NCBI GenBank assembly: GCA_944391055.1
Contig: CALXSF010000005.1
Span: forward strand, 28,922 to 92,921
Reading direction: 5' to 3'
DNA: 64,000 bases
From: an uncultured Kiritimatiellota bacterium
GTDB lineage: Bacteria > Verrucomicrobiota > Kiritimatiellia > RFP12 > DVOR01
In this document: in pieces, positions 18,731 to 28,484 of the stretch
How positions within the stretch are numbered: position 1 is the first letter of the stretch
Layout of the letters: every line of letters begins with the position of its first letter
Position numbers and translations under genes: made by a program
Notes under the pieces: model-generated
The model's database searches: none
Told to the model about the DNA's origin: nothing
What the model saw: only the letters and a program-made list of their open reading frames with translations

Positions 18731-19450
18731 TCAGGCGGCCTTGCGGCGGAGGGCGAGGCCGGCGACGCCAAGGGCCAAGAGGCCCAAGGCGGTGGGTTCG
18801 GGGAGGAAAAGCGCGTCGTAGGCCTTCTCGATGTCGCCGACGCCGGTGTAATTGTCGGTTTTAACCGTCGATTTGGCGTAGGTGAGGTTGTAGGACCAGT
18901 CGGAGGTGCCGATCGCGTTCCTAAGGTCATAGTCGCAGCCGACGGTGACTTTGTTGAAGGTGACGCCGCCGAAGTAGCCCTCATAGGAGAAGGCCTTCTC
19001 GCCGTTGACGAAGATGGAGATGACCGAGTGATAGGCAATCCCCTCGACGTTCGTGGAGCGGTCGATGGCCAGCACCACTTGGTTCAGACCGGCCTCCAGC
19101 TTGGCCGACCCGGCGATGGTCTGGGTGCCGCGCTCGTCCGTGAAGGAAGCCATGAGGCCATTCTCGGCGAGGGAGAGTTTAATGCCCCCCCCCGTTCCTC
19201 CGGCCATCAGCAGGCAACCGGCCGTGGGGACCGTGCCGGGGAAGCGGACATTCAGGCGGAAGGCGGCTTTGGCGGTGGTTCCAATGTGTCCGATATCCCT
19301 GTAAAAGCCGGACTCCTCCTTCCCGTCCATGAAACCGAGACCGCGCCAGTTGATCCCGCCCCAGTCCACGTCTTTGTTCCAGTCGATGGTCACGGCCTGG
19401 GCCGAGAGGGCGGCCAACGCCGTGAGGCAGACGATGCAGAATCGTTTCAT
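18731..19450 (-). CDS. PEP-CTERM sorting-domain secreted protein (exosortase substrate), 240 aa
   Basis: Signal peptide (MKRFCIVCLTALAALSAQA). C-terminal PEPTALGLLALGVAGLALRRKAA is a PEP motif plus TM helix plus basic tail. Start at the second in-frame ATG (MKRF). Confidence 0.7.
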   Translation of the reverse strand: MKRFCIVCLTALAALSAQAVTIDWNKDVDWGGINWRGLGFMDGKEESGFYRDIGHIGTTAKAAFRLNVRFPGTVPTAGCLLMAGGTGGGIKLSLAENGLMASFTDERGTQTIAGSAKLEAGLNQVVLAIDRSTNVEGIAYHSVISIFVNGEKAFSYEGYFGGVTFNKVTVGCDYDLRNAIGTSDWSYNLTYAKSTVKTDNYTGVGDIEKAYDALFLPEPTALGLLALGVAGLALRRKAA

Positions 19451-19576
19451 AATCGGTGGTCTCCGTCGCGTGTCCCGCCGCACCATGCGGGGGGACGAGG
19501 CCATGATACTTCTTTCCAGGCACGCGTGTCTCGCACTTTCATAGGGACAAAACTGCTGTATACAGGGACGATTCTG

Positions 19577-21376
19577 CTATTTCTCGGCGAACGGCTCGAT
19601 CCGGGTGACGAGGGCGATCGGCCCGGGGCCGGCCTTGGCTTTGCGGAGGACGAGGATGGGCCGGGCCTCCTTCTTGCCGTGGTGGCGGGAGCGCCAGCCG
19701 GGCTCGACGGTGGCCTCCCAGCCCTCGGCGCCGGGGAAGGCGAGGCGGATGTCGTTGCCGTCGGGGAAGCGGGTGCGCCACGAGCCGTCGGGGAGGCGCA
19801 CGGGGTCGGCGCCGGGCGCGAGGGCAAAGCGGACGGCGACGCCGCCGGTGGCCGGCCCGATGGCCTCGTCGCGCACGGTGAGCGCGCCGCCGGGGGCCAA
19901 CTCAAGGCTGCGGCGGTGGGCGAGGCCGGGATAGGCGGGCGTCTCGACGGCGACGGCCGAGCCCGCGGCGTCGGCCCGCCAGCGGAGGAGGCGGGAGCCG
20001 GGGGCGTTGTCGCGGTCGTCGAGGGTGAGGGTGGTGTGGGCCTTGGTGGCGCGGAAGGCGGCGCGCGCGGCATTGGTGTCGGGGCCGCCGTAGAGGTAGG
20101 AGCCCGCGTCGGGGAAGAAGTCCCGCCCCGCGCGCCAGTAGGAGAAGGTGCCGTTGTCGGGCTGGTTGTGCCAGAAGGCGGCCGGCCCGGCCTTGAGGAC
20201 GACCATCGTCCCGGTCCGCGGGTCGCCCTCGCGGAGGACGTAGAAGCCGCCGTCGGGATAGGCGCGGGAGGCGAAGGCGGGGCGGTCGAAGGCCTCGGGG
20301 AAGGTCTTCCGGGCGTCGTCGAGGAGGCGCCGGCGGCCGGCGAGGCTGTGGGTGTCGGCGAAGTAGGGGTGCTCGCCGTCGGGGAAGAAGAGGTCGTCGG
20401 CGAAGGCGGCCATCCGGGCGACGCGGGCGCGGTCGTCGGCGTCGAAGGCGTCGGGGGCCAGGCGCAGGGCGTCGCGGAAGAGTTTGTAGGCGCTGAGGTG
20501 GTAGCCGAGGTCGAGCTCGTATTGCACGCCGTCGGGATAGACCTGTTTGCGGAGTTCCTCCTTGAGGGTGCGGAGGGCGTTGGCGCGCCAGACGGGGGCG
20601 GCCTTGAGCTCGGGGCAGGCGTCGGCGGCGCCGAGCAGGCGGGTCATCTCGAAGAGCAGATGGTTGCCCTTGTCGGCGCGGCGCTCCCAGACCAGGGCGG
20701 CGTGGCGGTCGATCTCGGCGAGGGCGGCCTTGAGGTCGGCGGGGGCGCAGGCGGGGACGTTGACGGCCAGGGCGAGCTGTCGGGGCAGGCCGCTCAGGCG
20801 GTCGCTGATCTCGAGGGCGCGCCAGGCGAAGCGGGCGTTCTCGCGCTCGGCGGGGGTGCGCGGCGGCCAGGGGTTCTTCGCCCGCCAATCGGCCCACTGG
20901 TCGCGCCACGCCGCGAAGTAGCGGGCGTCGCCGGTGGCGGCGCAGACGCGCAGGAGGGGCAGGAACCATTTGTGGCGGTGGAGCTGCCAGCGGAGCTCGT
21001 TGGCCTTGACGGGCCAGTACGTCCAGTCGATGTCCTTGCCGTAGAAGTAGGAGGGCTGGTAGGCCTCGTGGGCGTAGAAGCGGTGCTCCAGCGCGTCGTC
21101 GGCCAGGCGGCGGTCGAAGGCCGAGGGGGCGCGGCTTGTGGCCTTGGCCCAGGCCTTTTGGGCGTCGGGGCGGCCGCGCCAATAGGCCAGGAGCGCGGCG
21201 TCGGCGGCGGCCTCGTCGCCTTTGGCGAGGGCCTCGGCCACGGGGCGCAGGCCGGGGCGGGAGAGGTCGAGCCGCGTCCAGAGGTTCGTGTCGGCCGCCC
21301 CGGCGCCGAGGGCCAAGAGCCCGGCGGCCGCGCAGAGCGCCCGGCGCAGGGAGGGGAGGGTGAAGGTCGCGTTCAT
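19577..21376 (-). CDS. Heparinase II/III-like polysaccharide lyase family protein (secreted)
   Basis: Signal peptide. N-terminal alginate-lyase-like alpha/alpha-toroid and C-terminal heparinase II/III-like regions. Trp/His-rich motifs (WQLHRHKW, GNHLLFE, YELDLGYH). 599 aa. Confidence 0.65.
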   Translation of the reverse strand: MNATFTLPSLRRALCAAAGLLALGAGAADTNLWTRLDLSRPGLRPVAEALAKGDEAAADAALLAYWRGRPDAQKAWAKATSRAPSAFDRRLADDALEHRFYAHEAYQPSYFYGKDIDWTYWPVKANELRWQLHRHKWFLPLLRVCAATGDARYFAAWRDQWADWRAKNPWPPRTPAERENARFAWRALEISDRLSGLPRQLALAVNVPACAPADLKAALAEIDRHAALVWERRADKGNHLLFEMTRLLGAADACPELKAAPVWRANALRTLKEELRKQVYPDGVQYELDLGYHLSAYKLFRDALRLAPDAFDADDRARVARMAAFADDLFFPDGEHPYFADTHSLAGRRRLLDDARKTFPEAFDRPAFASRAYPDGGFYVLREGDPRTGTMVVLKAGPAAFWHNQPDNGTFSYWRAGRDFFPDAGSYLYGGPDTNAARAAFRATKAHTTLTLDDRDNAPGSRLLRWRADAAGSAVAVETPAYPGLAHRRSLELAPGGALTVRDEAIGPATGGVAVRFALAPGADPVRLPDGSWRTRFPDGNDIRLAFPGAEGWEATVEPGWRSRHHGKKEARPILVLRKAKAGPGPIALVTRIEPFAEK

Positions 21377-21459
21377 GCCTTCAGTATAAGTTCTTCCGGG
21401 GCGGCGGCCAACGCTTTGCCTCCACGTTGCGCGCCCCTGCGTCCTCGAGGACGCGGCGC

Positions 21460-21948
21460 CTAGGCGCGGCCGCCCCGCTCAAGGGCGAGGAGGCGCGCCT
21501 TGCGGCCGAGGCCGCCGGCGTAGCCGGTGAGGGCGCCGCGCGCCCCGACGACGCGGTGGCAGGGGATGATGAGGCTGACGGGGTTGCGGGCGACGGCGCC
21601 GCCGACGGCCCGGGCGGCGGCGCGCGGCAGGCCGAGCGCCGCGGCGAGCGCGCCGTAGGTCATCGTCTCCCCGAAGGGGATGGCGCGGAGGCGTTCCCAG
21701 ACGGCCCGCCGGAAGGGCGTGCCGCGCGGCGCGAGGGGCGGCGCGAACCCCGGGTCGCGCCCGGCGAAGTAGACCTCCAGCCAGCGCCGCGCCGCGTCGA
21801 AGGCGGGGTGTTCGCGCGCCTCCCGCGCGTCGGGGAGCCCCTCGCCGAAGTGCGCCTGGCCATCGAACCACAGCCCGATGAGCGCCTCCCCCTCCGCCGC
21901 GAGCGTGACGCCCCCCAGCGGCGTGTCGCAGTGTCCGACGCAGACCAT
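21460..21948 (-). CDS. ogt: Methylated-DNA--protein-cysteine methyltransferase (Ogt/MGMT)
   Basis: Active-site IPCHRVV motif and an HTH 'DNA binding methylated-DNA' domain. 162 aa. Confidence 0.8.
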   Translation of the reverse strand: MVCVGHCDTPLGGVTLAAEGEALIGLWFDGQAHFGEGLPDAREAREHPAFDAARRWLEVYFAGRDPGFAPPLAPRGTPFRRAVWERLRAIPFGETMTYGALAAALGLPRAAARAVGGAVARNPVSLIIPCHRVVGARGALTGYAGGLGRKARLLALERGGRA

Positions 21949-21969
21949 GGGGAGAACGCGGCGGCCGCC

Positions 21970-24477
21970 TTATTTGGCGACGACGTTGACGAGTTTGCCG
22001 GGGACGACGATGACTTTGGCGATGGTGAGGCCCTCGGTGTGGCGCTTGACCTCGGGGGCCTCGCGGGCGGCGGCCTCGAGCTCGGCGCGGCCCAGGCCGG
22101 CGGGGAGGGTGACCTTGCCGCGCATCTTGCCGTTGACCTGGAGGACGATCTCGATGGCGTCTTCCTTGAGGGCCTCGGGGTTGACGGCGGGCCAGCCGGC
22201 GTCGAGGACGGAGCCTTGGCCGCCGAACTCGGCCCAGATTTCCTCGGCGATGTGGGGGGTGAAGGGGGCCATCATGCGGGCGAGGGTGACGATGGTCTCG
22301 CGGAGGAGGGCCTTGGCGGCGGGGGCCGAGGCGGCGTCGAAGCGGGCCTTGTCGAAGGCGTTCATGAGCTCCATGAGCTGGGCGATGGCGGTGTTGAAGC
22401 GGAAGCCGTGCTCGATGGCGTCGGTGACGCCTTGGAGGGTCTGGTGGAGCTTGCGCCAGAGGGTGCGCTGGGCGGGGTCGAGGGCCGCGCCGTCGACGGG
22501 GGCGTCGGCCTCGGGGACGAGGGGCTTGGCGTCGTAGGCCTTCTTCCAGAGGCGGCAGAGGAAGCGGTAGGGGCCCTGGATGGCGGTGTCCTGCCACTCG
22601 GCGTCGAGCTCGGGGGGGCCGATGAAGAGGGTGTAGAGGCGGACGGTGTCGGCGCCGTAGGCCTCGATGAGCTCGTCGGGGGAGACGACGTTGCCGACGG
22701 ATTTGGACATCTTCTTGAGGACGCCGTTGCCGTCGCGCTTGCAGATCATGCCCTGGGTGAAGAGGGCCTTGAAGGGCTCGACGCAGTCGAGGGCGCCGGC
22801 GTCGTTGAGGATCTTGACGACGAAGCGGGAGTAGAGGAGGTGGAGGACGGCGTGCTCGACGCCGCCGATGTATTGGTCGACGGGCATCCACTTGTCCACC
22901 AACGCCTTGTCGAAGGGCGCCTGGTCGTTGCGCGCGTCGATGTAGCGCAGGAAGTACCAGCAGGAGCAGAGCCACTGGGCGAGGGTGTCGGTCTCGCGCT
23001 TGGCGGGGGCGCCGCACTTGGGGCAGGTGGTGTTGATGAAGCCTTCGTGGCGGGCGAGGGGGTTGCCCTGGTCGCTCTTGAAGTCGACGTCGTCGGGGAG
23101 GCGGACGGGGAGCTGGTCCTCGGGGACGGGGACGGCGCCGCAGTGGGGGCAGTGGACGATGGGGATGGGGGCGCCCCAGTAGCGCTGGCGGGCGACGTTC
23201 CAGTCGCGGATGCGGAAGTTGGTGGTGAAGGCGGCGAAGCCGTGGTCGACGCCGTGCTGGGTGATGGCCTGGATGGCCTGGCGGTTGGGGAGGCCGTCGA
23301 AGGCGCCGGAGTTGACGAGCACGCCGTCGTCGACGTAGGCGGCGGTCATGGCGGCGGGGTCGAGGGGCGCCTCGGGGTTTTGGATGACGAGCTTGCGGGC
23401 GATGCCGTACTTGGCGGCGAAGTCCCAGTCGCGCTGGTCGTGGGTGGGCACGGCCATGACGATGCCGGTGCCGGAGTCGGCCACGACGTAGTTGGTGACC
23501 CAGAGCTCGATGTCCTTGTCGCCGCTGTAGGGGTTGGTGACGTGGAAGCCGGTGAAGACGCCCTCCTTGGCGAGCGCGTCGGAGAAGCGCTCGGCGGCGG
23601 GGATGTTGGCCAGGCGCTCGCGGAAGGCCCGCACCTCGGCCTCGCGCGGGGAGCCGGGGAGCAGCTTCTCGAGCAGCGGGTGGTCGGGCGAGATGGCCAT
23701 GAAGGTGACGCCGAAGATGGTGTCGGGCCGCGTGGTGTAGACGGGGCATTCGTCGCCGGTCTCGGTGACCGTGAAGGTGACCTTGGCGCCCTGGGACTTG
23801 CCGATCCAGTTGGCCTGCATCTGGCGGACCTTCTCGGGCCAGCCCTCGAGGAGGTCGAGGTCCTTGAGCAGGCGGTCGGCGTAGCGGGTGATGCGGAAGA
23901 ACCACTGCTTGAGGTTGCGCTTCTCCACGGGGCGCCCGCAGCGGACGCAGTGGCCGTCGGCGGTGACCTCCTCGTTGGCGAGGTTGGTGCAGAGGGGGCA
24001 CCAGTTCACGGGCGCCTCCTTCTGGTAGGCCACGCCCAGCTTGTAGGCCTGGAGGAAGACCCACTGCGTCCACTTGTAGTAATCGGGGTGGCAGGTGGCG
24101 ATCTCGCGCGACCAATCGTAGCCCACGCCCCAGCTGCGCACCTGGCGCTTCATCTCGCGGATGTTCTCGATCGTCCACTTGTGGGGGTGGACGTGGAACT
24201 TCTTGGCGGCGTTCTCCGCGGGCAGGCCGAAGCTGTCCCAGCCCATGGGCGAGAGCACGTTGAAACCGAGCATCTTCTTGTAGCGGGTGATGACGTCGCC
24301 CATGATGTAGTTGCGGCCGTGGCCCACGTGCATGTGGCCGCTGGGGTAGGGGAACATCGTCAGGCAATAGAACTTCGGGCGGGAGTCGTCGCGCGTGTCG
24401 CACGCGAAGGTGCCGTGCTCATCCCAATACTTCTGCCACTTGGGCTCGATCGCGTGAAACGGATACTTCTCTTCCAT
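21970..24477 (-). CDS. leuS: Leucyl-tRNA synthetase
   Basis: HIGH-class motif ([15 protein letters not shown]) and KMSKS ([10 protein letters not shown]). 835 aa. N-terminus [20 protein letters not shown] is typical of LeuS. Confidence 0.95.
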   Translation of the reverse strand: MEEKYPFHAIEPKWQKYWDEHGTFACDTRDDSRPKFYCLTMFPYPSGHMHVGHGRNYIMGDVITRYKKMLGFNVLSPMGWDSFGLPAENAAKKFHVHPHKWTIENIREMKRQVRSWGVGYDWSREIATCHPDYYKWTQWVFLQAYKLGVAYQKEAPVNWCPLCTNLANEEVTADGHCVRCGRPVEKRNLKQWFFRITRYADRLLKDLDLLEGWPEKVRQMQANWIGKSQGAKVTFTVTETGDECPVYTTRPDTIFGVTFMAISPDHPLLEKLLPGSPREAEVRAFRERLANIPAAERFSDALAKEGVFTGFHVTNPYSGDKDIELWVTNYVVADSGTGIVMAVPTHDQRDWDFAAKYGIARKLVIQNPEAPLDPAAMTAAYVDDGVLVNSGAFDGLPNRQAIQAITQHGVDHGFAAFTTNFRIRDWNVARQRYWGAPIPIVHCPHCGAVPVPEDQLPVRLPDDVDFKSDQGNPLARHEGFINTTCPKCGAPAKRETDTLAQWLCSCWYFLRYIDARNDQAPFDKALVDKWMPVDQYIGGVEHAVLHLLYSRFVVKILNDAGALDCVEPFKALFTQGMICKRDGNGVLKKMSKSVGNVVSPDELIEAYGADTVRLYTLFIGPPELDAEWQDTAIQGPYRFLCRLWKKAYDAKPLVPEADAPVDGAALDPAQRTLWRKLHQTLQGVTDAIEHGFRFNTAIAQLMELMNAFDKARFDAASAPAAKALLRETIVTLARMMAPFTPHIAEEIWAEFGGQGSVLDAGWPAVNPEALKEDAIEIVLQVNGKMRGKVTLPAGLGRAELEAAAREAPEVKRHTEGLTIAKVIVVPGKLVNVVAK

Positions 24478-24502
24478 GTCGGGGCATTCCTTGCGTAAAA
24501 CG

Positions 24503-24522
24503 GACGCAAGTATAGCACAATC
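24503..24522 (-). promoter_or_regulatory. Candidate leuS promoter with extended -10 (TGCTATACT on minus strand)
   Basis: The plus-strand gtatagcacaatcc reads ggattgtgctatac on the minus strand. It lies about 30 nt upstream of the leuS ATG. Confidence 0.4.
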
Positions 24523-24620
24523 CCCCCGGCCCGCGCCGCCCGGCCCTTTTCGCTTGCATTTCGCGGGGGAATGGCTTACACTTAGGGGCAGTCTTCAATC
24601 TGCACGGAAAGGACAGGGAC

Positions 24621-25337
24621 ATGACTGGTTTGGTTCGGATGGCGGCGGCCGCGGCGGCGGCCTGCGTGGCGTTCGCGGCGTTCGCGGCGGAGAAGCCGAT
24701 GACCGAGGGCGCGGCGCTCGGGAAGTGGACGATGGATGAGCCGGCGGCGCGGGCCCTGGCCAAGGAGACGGGCAAGCCGATCTTCATGAACTTCACCGGC
24801 AGCGATTGGTGCGGCTGGTGCAAGCTGATGGACGGCAAGGTCTTCTCGCAGCAGGCGTGGCAGGATTACGCGAAGGGGAACCTGGTGCTGCTGTGGGTGG
24901 ATTTCCCGCGGGACAAGAGCCTGGTGCCGGAGAAGTTCGTGAAGCAGAACGCGGCGCTCTCGGAGCGTTACGGCATCTCGGGGTATCCGACGTACGTGGT
25001 GGTCGGGCCCGACGGCAAGGAGCTCGGGCGGCTCGGCGCCGACCGCGAGGCCACGCCCGAGGGCTTCGTCAAGGAGTTGAAGGGCGTCCTCGTCCTGAAG
25101 GACATCGAATCGCTGCTCTCCGCCGAGGACCTCGCCGCCTACCGCGCCGCGGAAAAGGCGCAGAAGGACGCCGGCGAGGGGTTGGAGAAGCTCCAGGCGC
25201 GCTTCATGGAGGAGGCCAAGGCCATGCAGGAGAAGTTCCAGAAGGAGGCCGAGCCCATCGGCAAGGCCTACCAGGCCGCCGAGGAGCGGCTGGAGGCCCT
25301 GAAGGCCAAGGCCGTCGAGGCCGCCGCCAAGAAGTAA
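24621..25337 (+). CDS. Secreted thioredoxin-fold protein (CGWC active site)
   Basis: Signal peptide. FMNFTGSDWCGWCKLMDGKVF is a CxxC thioredoxin-like motif. C-terminal coiled-coil tail. Confidence 0.6.
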   Translation: MTGLVRMAAAAAAACVAFAAFAAEKPMTEGAALGKWTMDEPAARALAKETGKPIFMNFTGSDWCGWCKLMDGKVFSQQAWQDYAKGNLVLLWVDFPRDKSLVPEKFVKQNAALSERYGISGYPTYVVVGPDGKELGRLGADREATPEGFVKELKGVLVLKDIESLLSAEDLAAYRAAEKAQKDAGEGLEKLQARFMEEAKAMQEKFQKEAEPIGKAYQAAEERLEALKAKAVEAAAKK

Positions 25338-25362
25338 GCGAAGGGAAGGGCGCGCGCACGGC

Positions 25363-26922
25363 ATGACACGGGAGAATTGGACGTCCTCGATCGGTTTCAT
25401 CCTTGCCTCCGCCGGCTCGGCGATCGGCCTGGGGAACATTTGGAAGTTCCCCTACATGGCCGGCGAGAACGGCGGCGGCACGTTTGTGTTGGTCTATGTG
25501 CTGTGCGTGGCCTTCATCGGCCTGCCGGTGATGTGCGGCGAGATGCTCATCGGGCGGCACACCCGGCGCAACGTGATCAACGCGATGGGCAAGATCGAGC
25601 GCCTCTCCGGCCAGCCGCGGGTGCGCTTCGTGCTCAGCGTGCTGTCGGCGGGGATGGCCGTGGCCTTCGCCACCATGCACGCGTGGCTGCCCGTGGCGCT
25701 GGCGCTCTTCGGCGTGTGGGCCTTCGCGCGGCGGGGGTTCGCCGCGCTCGGGTGGGTCTGCACGGCGGTGGCGCTCGCCATCCTCTCCTACTACGCCGTC
25801 GTCGGGGGGTGGATCGTCGACTACATCTGGCGCTCGGTGAGCGGCACGCTCGCCCCCGCGGCGGCGGAGGGCGCCGCGGTCACGGAGGTGGCCGAGGCCG
25901 CCGGCACCGTCTTCAGTGGCTACGTCGCCAACCCGTGGCGCGTGCTCGTCGGCTTCCTCGTCTTTATGGCCCTGACGGGGGTGGTGTTGCTCGGCGGCAT
26001 CCAAAAGGGCATCGAGCGGATGAGCAAGGTGCTCATGCCGGCCCTCTTCGTCCTGCTGCTGGTGGTGATCGCGCGGAGCGTCACGCTCCCCGGCGCGGGC
26101 GAGGGGATCCGGTTCCTGCTGATGCCGACGGCCGAGGCCTTCACCCCCAAGGTGGTGCTGATGGCGCTGGGGCAGGTCTTCTTCTCCCTCTCCCTCGGGA
26201 TGGCCATCACCGTCACCTACGGCTCCTACCTCCACAAGGAGCACAATATCCTCCGCGCCGCCGGGTGGGTGGGCGTGCTCGACACCTTGGCCGCGCTGCT
26301 GGCGGGGCTGGCCATCTTCCCCGCCGTCTTCGCCGTCGGGCTGGAGCCGAGCGAGGGGCCGGGGCTGATCTTCGGCGCGCTGCCCGCGGTCTTCGACGCC
26401 ATGTGGCTGGGGCCGCTCTGGGCCACCTGCTTCTTCGTCATGCTCCTCATCGCCGCCGTCACCAGCTCCGTCGCCCTGCTGGAATGCGGCGCCACCGTCT
26501 TCATCGAGCGGTGGCGGCGCGGGCACAAACGCGGCAGCCGCAGGCACGCCGTCGCCGTCGGCTTCGCCCTCTGCACGCTCCTTGGGCTGCTGGCCGTCTT
26601 CTCCACCGCGGGGTGGGGCGGCTGCGAGGCCGCCGGGAAGGCCGCCGCCCTCTGCATGGGCGAGCTGGCGCATGACAGCTGGTTCAACCTGCTCGACAAC
26701 TTCGCCAGCAACTGGTGCCTCCCCTTCACCGCCCTCTGCATCACCCTGCTCGTCGGCTGGGCGTGGGGTTCCCGCCGCGCGGCCCCCGAGCTGCTCGCCG
26801 CCGACGAGGCCGGGACCTTCCCCGCGTGGCTCCCCCGGCTGTGGGGGTTCCTGATCCGCTGGGTCTCCCCCGTCGGCATCATCCTGGTCTTCCTTTATGT
26901 CTCTGGCTTCCTGGGGGCCTGA
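25363..26922 (+). CDS. Sodium-dependent transporter, neurotransmitter:sodium symporter (NSS/SNF) family
   Basis: N-terminal NWTSSIGFILASAGSAIGLGNIWKFPYMAGENGGG is the NSS signature. Multi-TM protein, 519 aa. Confidence 0.85.
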   Translation: MTRENWTSSIGFILASAGSAIGLGNIWKFPYMAGENGGGTFVLVYVLCVAFIGLPVMCGEMLIGRHTRRNVINAMGKIERLSGQPRVRFVLSVLSAGMAVAFATMHAWLPVALALFGVWAFARRGFAALGWVCTAVALAILSYYAVVGGWIVDYIWRSVSGTLAPAAAEGAAVTEVAEAAGTVFSGYVANPWRVLVGFLVFMALTGVVLLGGIQKGIERMSKVLMPALFVLLLVVIARSVTLPGAGEGIRFLLMPTAEAFTPKVVLMALGQVFFSLSLGMAITVTYGSYLHKEHNILRAAGWVGVLDTLAALLAGLAIFPAVFAVGLEPSEGPGLIFGALPAVFDAMWLGPLWATCFFVMLLIAAVTSSVALLECGATVFIERWRRGHKRGSRRHAVAVGFALCTLLGLLAVFSTAGWGGCEAAGKAAALCMGELAHDSWFNLLDNFASNWCLPFTALCITLLVGWAWGSRRAAPELLAADEAGTFPAWLPRLWGFLIRWVSPVGIILVFLYVSGFLGA

Positions 26923-26923
26923 C

Positions 26924-27745
26924 ATGCGCGCGTGGTTCCTCCTGGCCCTGGCCGCCCCCGCCCTCCTCGCCGCCGAGGAGCCCCGCGAGCGCTACCAGCC
27001 CATCATCGACGCCAAGCCCTTCGGCGACATGAGCGACCTGGCCGCCGTCTCCGCCGCGCAGGCCGAGGAACAGCAGCAGAAGGAGGAGATCGCCAAGGCC
27101 TTCCGGATGTGCGGCATCACCGATATGCCCGACGGCTCCCGGAAGATCGCCTTCCTCGACGAGACCGCCGGCGCCGCCGCCAGCTACCTCCTTGCCGTCG
27201 GCGAGACCCAGAACGGCTTCACCCTCCTCTCCGCCGACTACGACGCCGAGCGCGCCACCCTCTCCAAGGACGGCCTCACCTTCACCCTCGGCCTCGGCAA
27301 GGGCCTCATCGACGACGCCCCCCAGGCCGCCGCCGACAAGGCTCCCGCCCCCGCACCCGCCGCCGCCCCGCCCGCCCCCGCCAAAGGCTCCTTCCGCGAG
27401 CGCCTGCTCCTCCGCGAGGCCGCCAAGGCCCAGGACGCCGCCAACCGCCGCAAGGCGATCGGCGACGAGATCGCCGCCGAGGCCGCCAAGACCCTCGAGG
27501 CCAAGACCCAAGCCGCCGCCCGCCGCCTCCAGATCGAGCGCATCAAGCAGGGCCTGCCCCCCACGCGCCCCATCACCCTCACCCCCGAGGAGGACGCCGA
27601 GCTCGAGGCCGCCGGCGTCTTCCGCCAGCCCCGCCAGCCCGAGGAACGGCAGGACGCCCCGGCGCAGCCCCAACAACAGCCCGACAGCCCCGCCGGCGAC
27701 CCGAACGACCATGACGAAGAAGCCCTACCCCCAGCCAACCCCTGA
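26924..27745 (+). CDS. Secreted hypothetical protein (Ala/Pro/Gln-rich, coiled-coil), 273 aa
   Basis: Signal peptide (MRAWFLLALAAPALLAAEE). ATG 1 nt after the NSS stop. Low-complexity C-terminus. Possibly a chaperone-like partner of the downstream PPIase. Confidence 0.45.
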   Translation: MRAWFLLALAAPALLAAEEPRERYQPIIDAKPFGDMSDLAAVSAAQAEEQQQKEEIAKAFRMCGITDMPDGSRKIAFLDETAGAAASYLLAVGETQNGFTLLSADYDAERATLSKDGLTFTLGLGKGLIDDAPQAAADKAPAPAPAAAPPAPAKGSFRERLLLREAAKAQDAANRRKAIGDEIAAEAAKTLEAKTQAAARRLQIERIKQGLPPTRPITLTPEEDAELEAAGVFRQPRQPEERQDAPAQPQQQPDSPAGDPNDHDEEALPPANP

Positions 27746-28424
27746 GGCCGTCGCCGCCGAGGCCGACCGCCTCCGCCCCCAATACGAGGCCTTCATGCGG
27801 GCCAACGGCGAGACCCCCGACCCCGGCCAACTCCGCGACTGGGCCGCCGAGAACCTCCGCGAGCGCATCATCCTTGAGCAGGACGCCGAGGCCGCCGGCC
27901 TCACCGTCGAGGCCCTCATGCGCCAGATCGCCGACGCCGCCCCCCAGCCGACCGTCGCCGACGCCCGCGCCGCCTACAAGGCCGCCCCCGAGCGCTTCGT
28001 CGCCCCCGAGCGCGTCCACGCCCAGCACATCGTCATCCACCGCGACCAGGCCCCCGACCCCGCGCAGGCCATCCTTGACCTCCAGAACCTCCGCGCCGAG
28101 ATCCTCGCCGGCAAGATCGCCTGGGAGGAGGCCGCCGCCGCCCACTCCTCCTGCCCCGGCAACGACGACCTCGGCTTCTTCCCCCGGGGCGCCATGGTGC
28201 AGGAGTTCGAGGACGCCGCCTTCGCCGCCCCCGAGGGGAGCGTCACCGACGTCGTCGAAACCCCCTTCGGCTGGCATCTCATCCGCGTCCTCGCCCACCT
28301 CCCCGAGGAGCCGCTCCTCTTCGAGGAGGCCAAGGAGCGCCTCCTCGCCGAACTGCGCGAAGCCAGGGAACGCGCTGCCCTCGAGGCCTATGTCGACGCC
28401 CGCAAGGGCGACTTTGCCCCCTGA
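27711..28424 (+). CDS. Parvulin-type peptidyl-prolyl cis-trans isomerase (PpiC/PrsA/SurA-like)
   Basis: Parvulin domain (HAQHIVIH..., GNDDLGFFPRGAMVQEFEDAAFAAPEGSVTDVVETPFGWHLIRV). Start inferred at MTKKPYP (ATG 27711), overlapping the previous gene's end. The ORF-track start at 27192 is a frame extension. Confidence 0.65.
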   Translation: MTKKPYPQPTPEAVAAEADRLRPQYEAFMRANGETPDPGQLRDWAAENLRERIILEQDAEAAGLTVEALMRQIADAAPQPTVADARAAYKAAPERFVAPERVHAQHIVIHRDQAPDPAQAILDLQNLRAEILAGKIAWEEAAAAHSSCPGNDDLGFFPRGAMVQEFEDAAFAAPEGSVTDVVETPFGWHLIRVLAHLPEEPLLFEEAKERLLAELREARERAALEAYVDARKGDFAP

Positions 28425-28438
28425 CGGGCGCCCCAACG

Positions 28439-28480
28439 AAAAAGCCCCCGGCCTCGCAAGAGGCCGGGGGCTTTTTCGTT
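28439..28480. terminator. Bidirectional rho-independent terminator
   Basis: aaaaagcccccggcctcgcaagaggccgggggctttttcg, between the convergent PPIase and helicase genes. Confidence 0.7.
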
Positions 28481-28484
28481 GGGG

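Noticed and set aside
14246-21463. 2405-aa ORF on the plus strand (and similar giant ORFs 4090..7611 -, 13023..16232 -, 1763..3811 -, 21427..24498 +, 21479..24403 -)
   Set aside because: These are Gly/Ala/Arg/Pro-rich, low-complexity translations antisense to or out of frame with well-supported genes (RND pump, secretin, leuS). This is a typical artifact of ~70% GC DNA where stop codons are rare.
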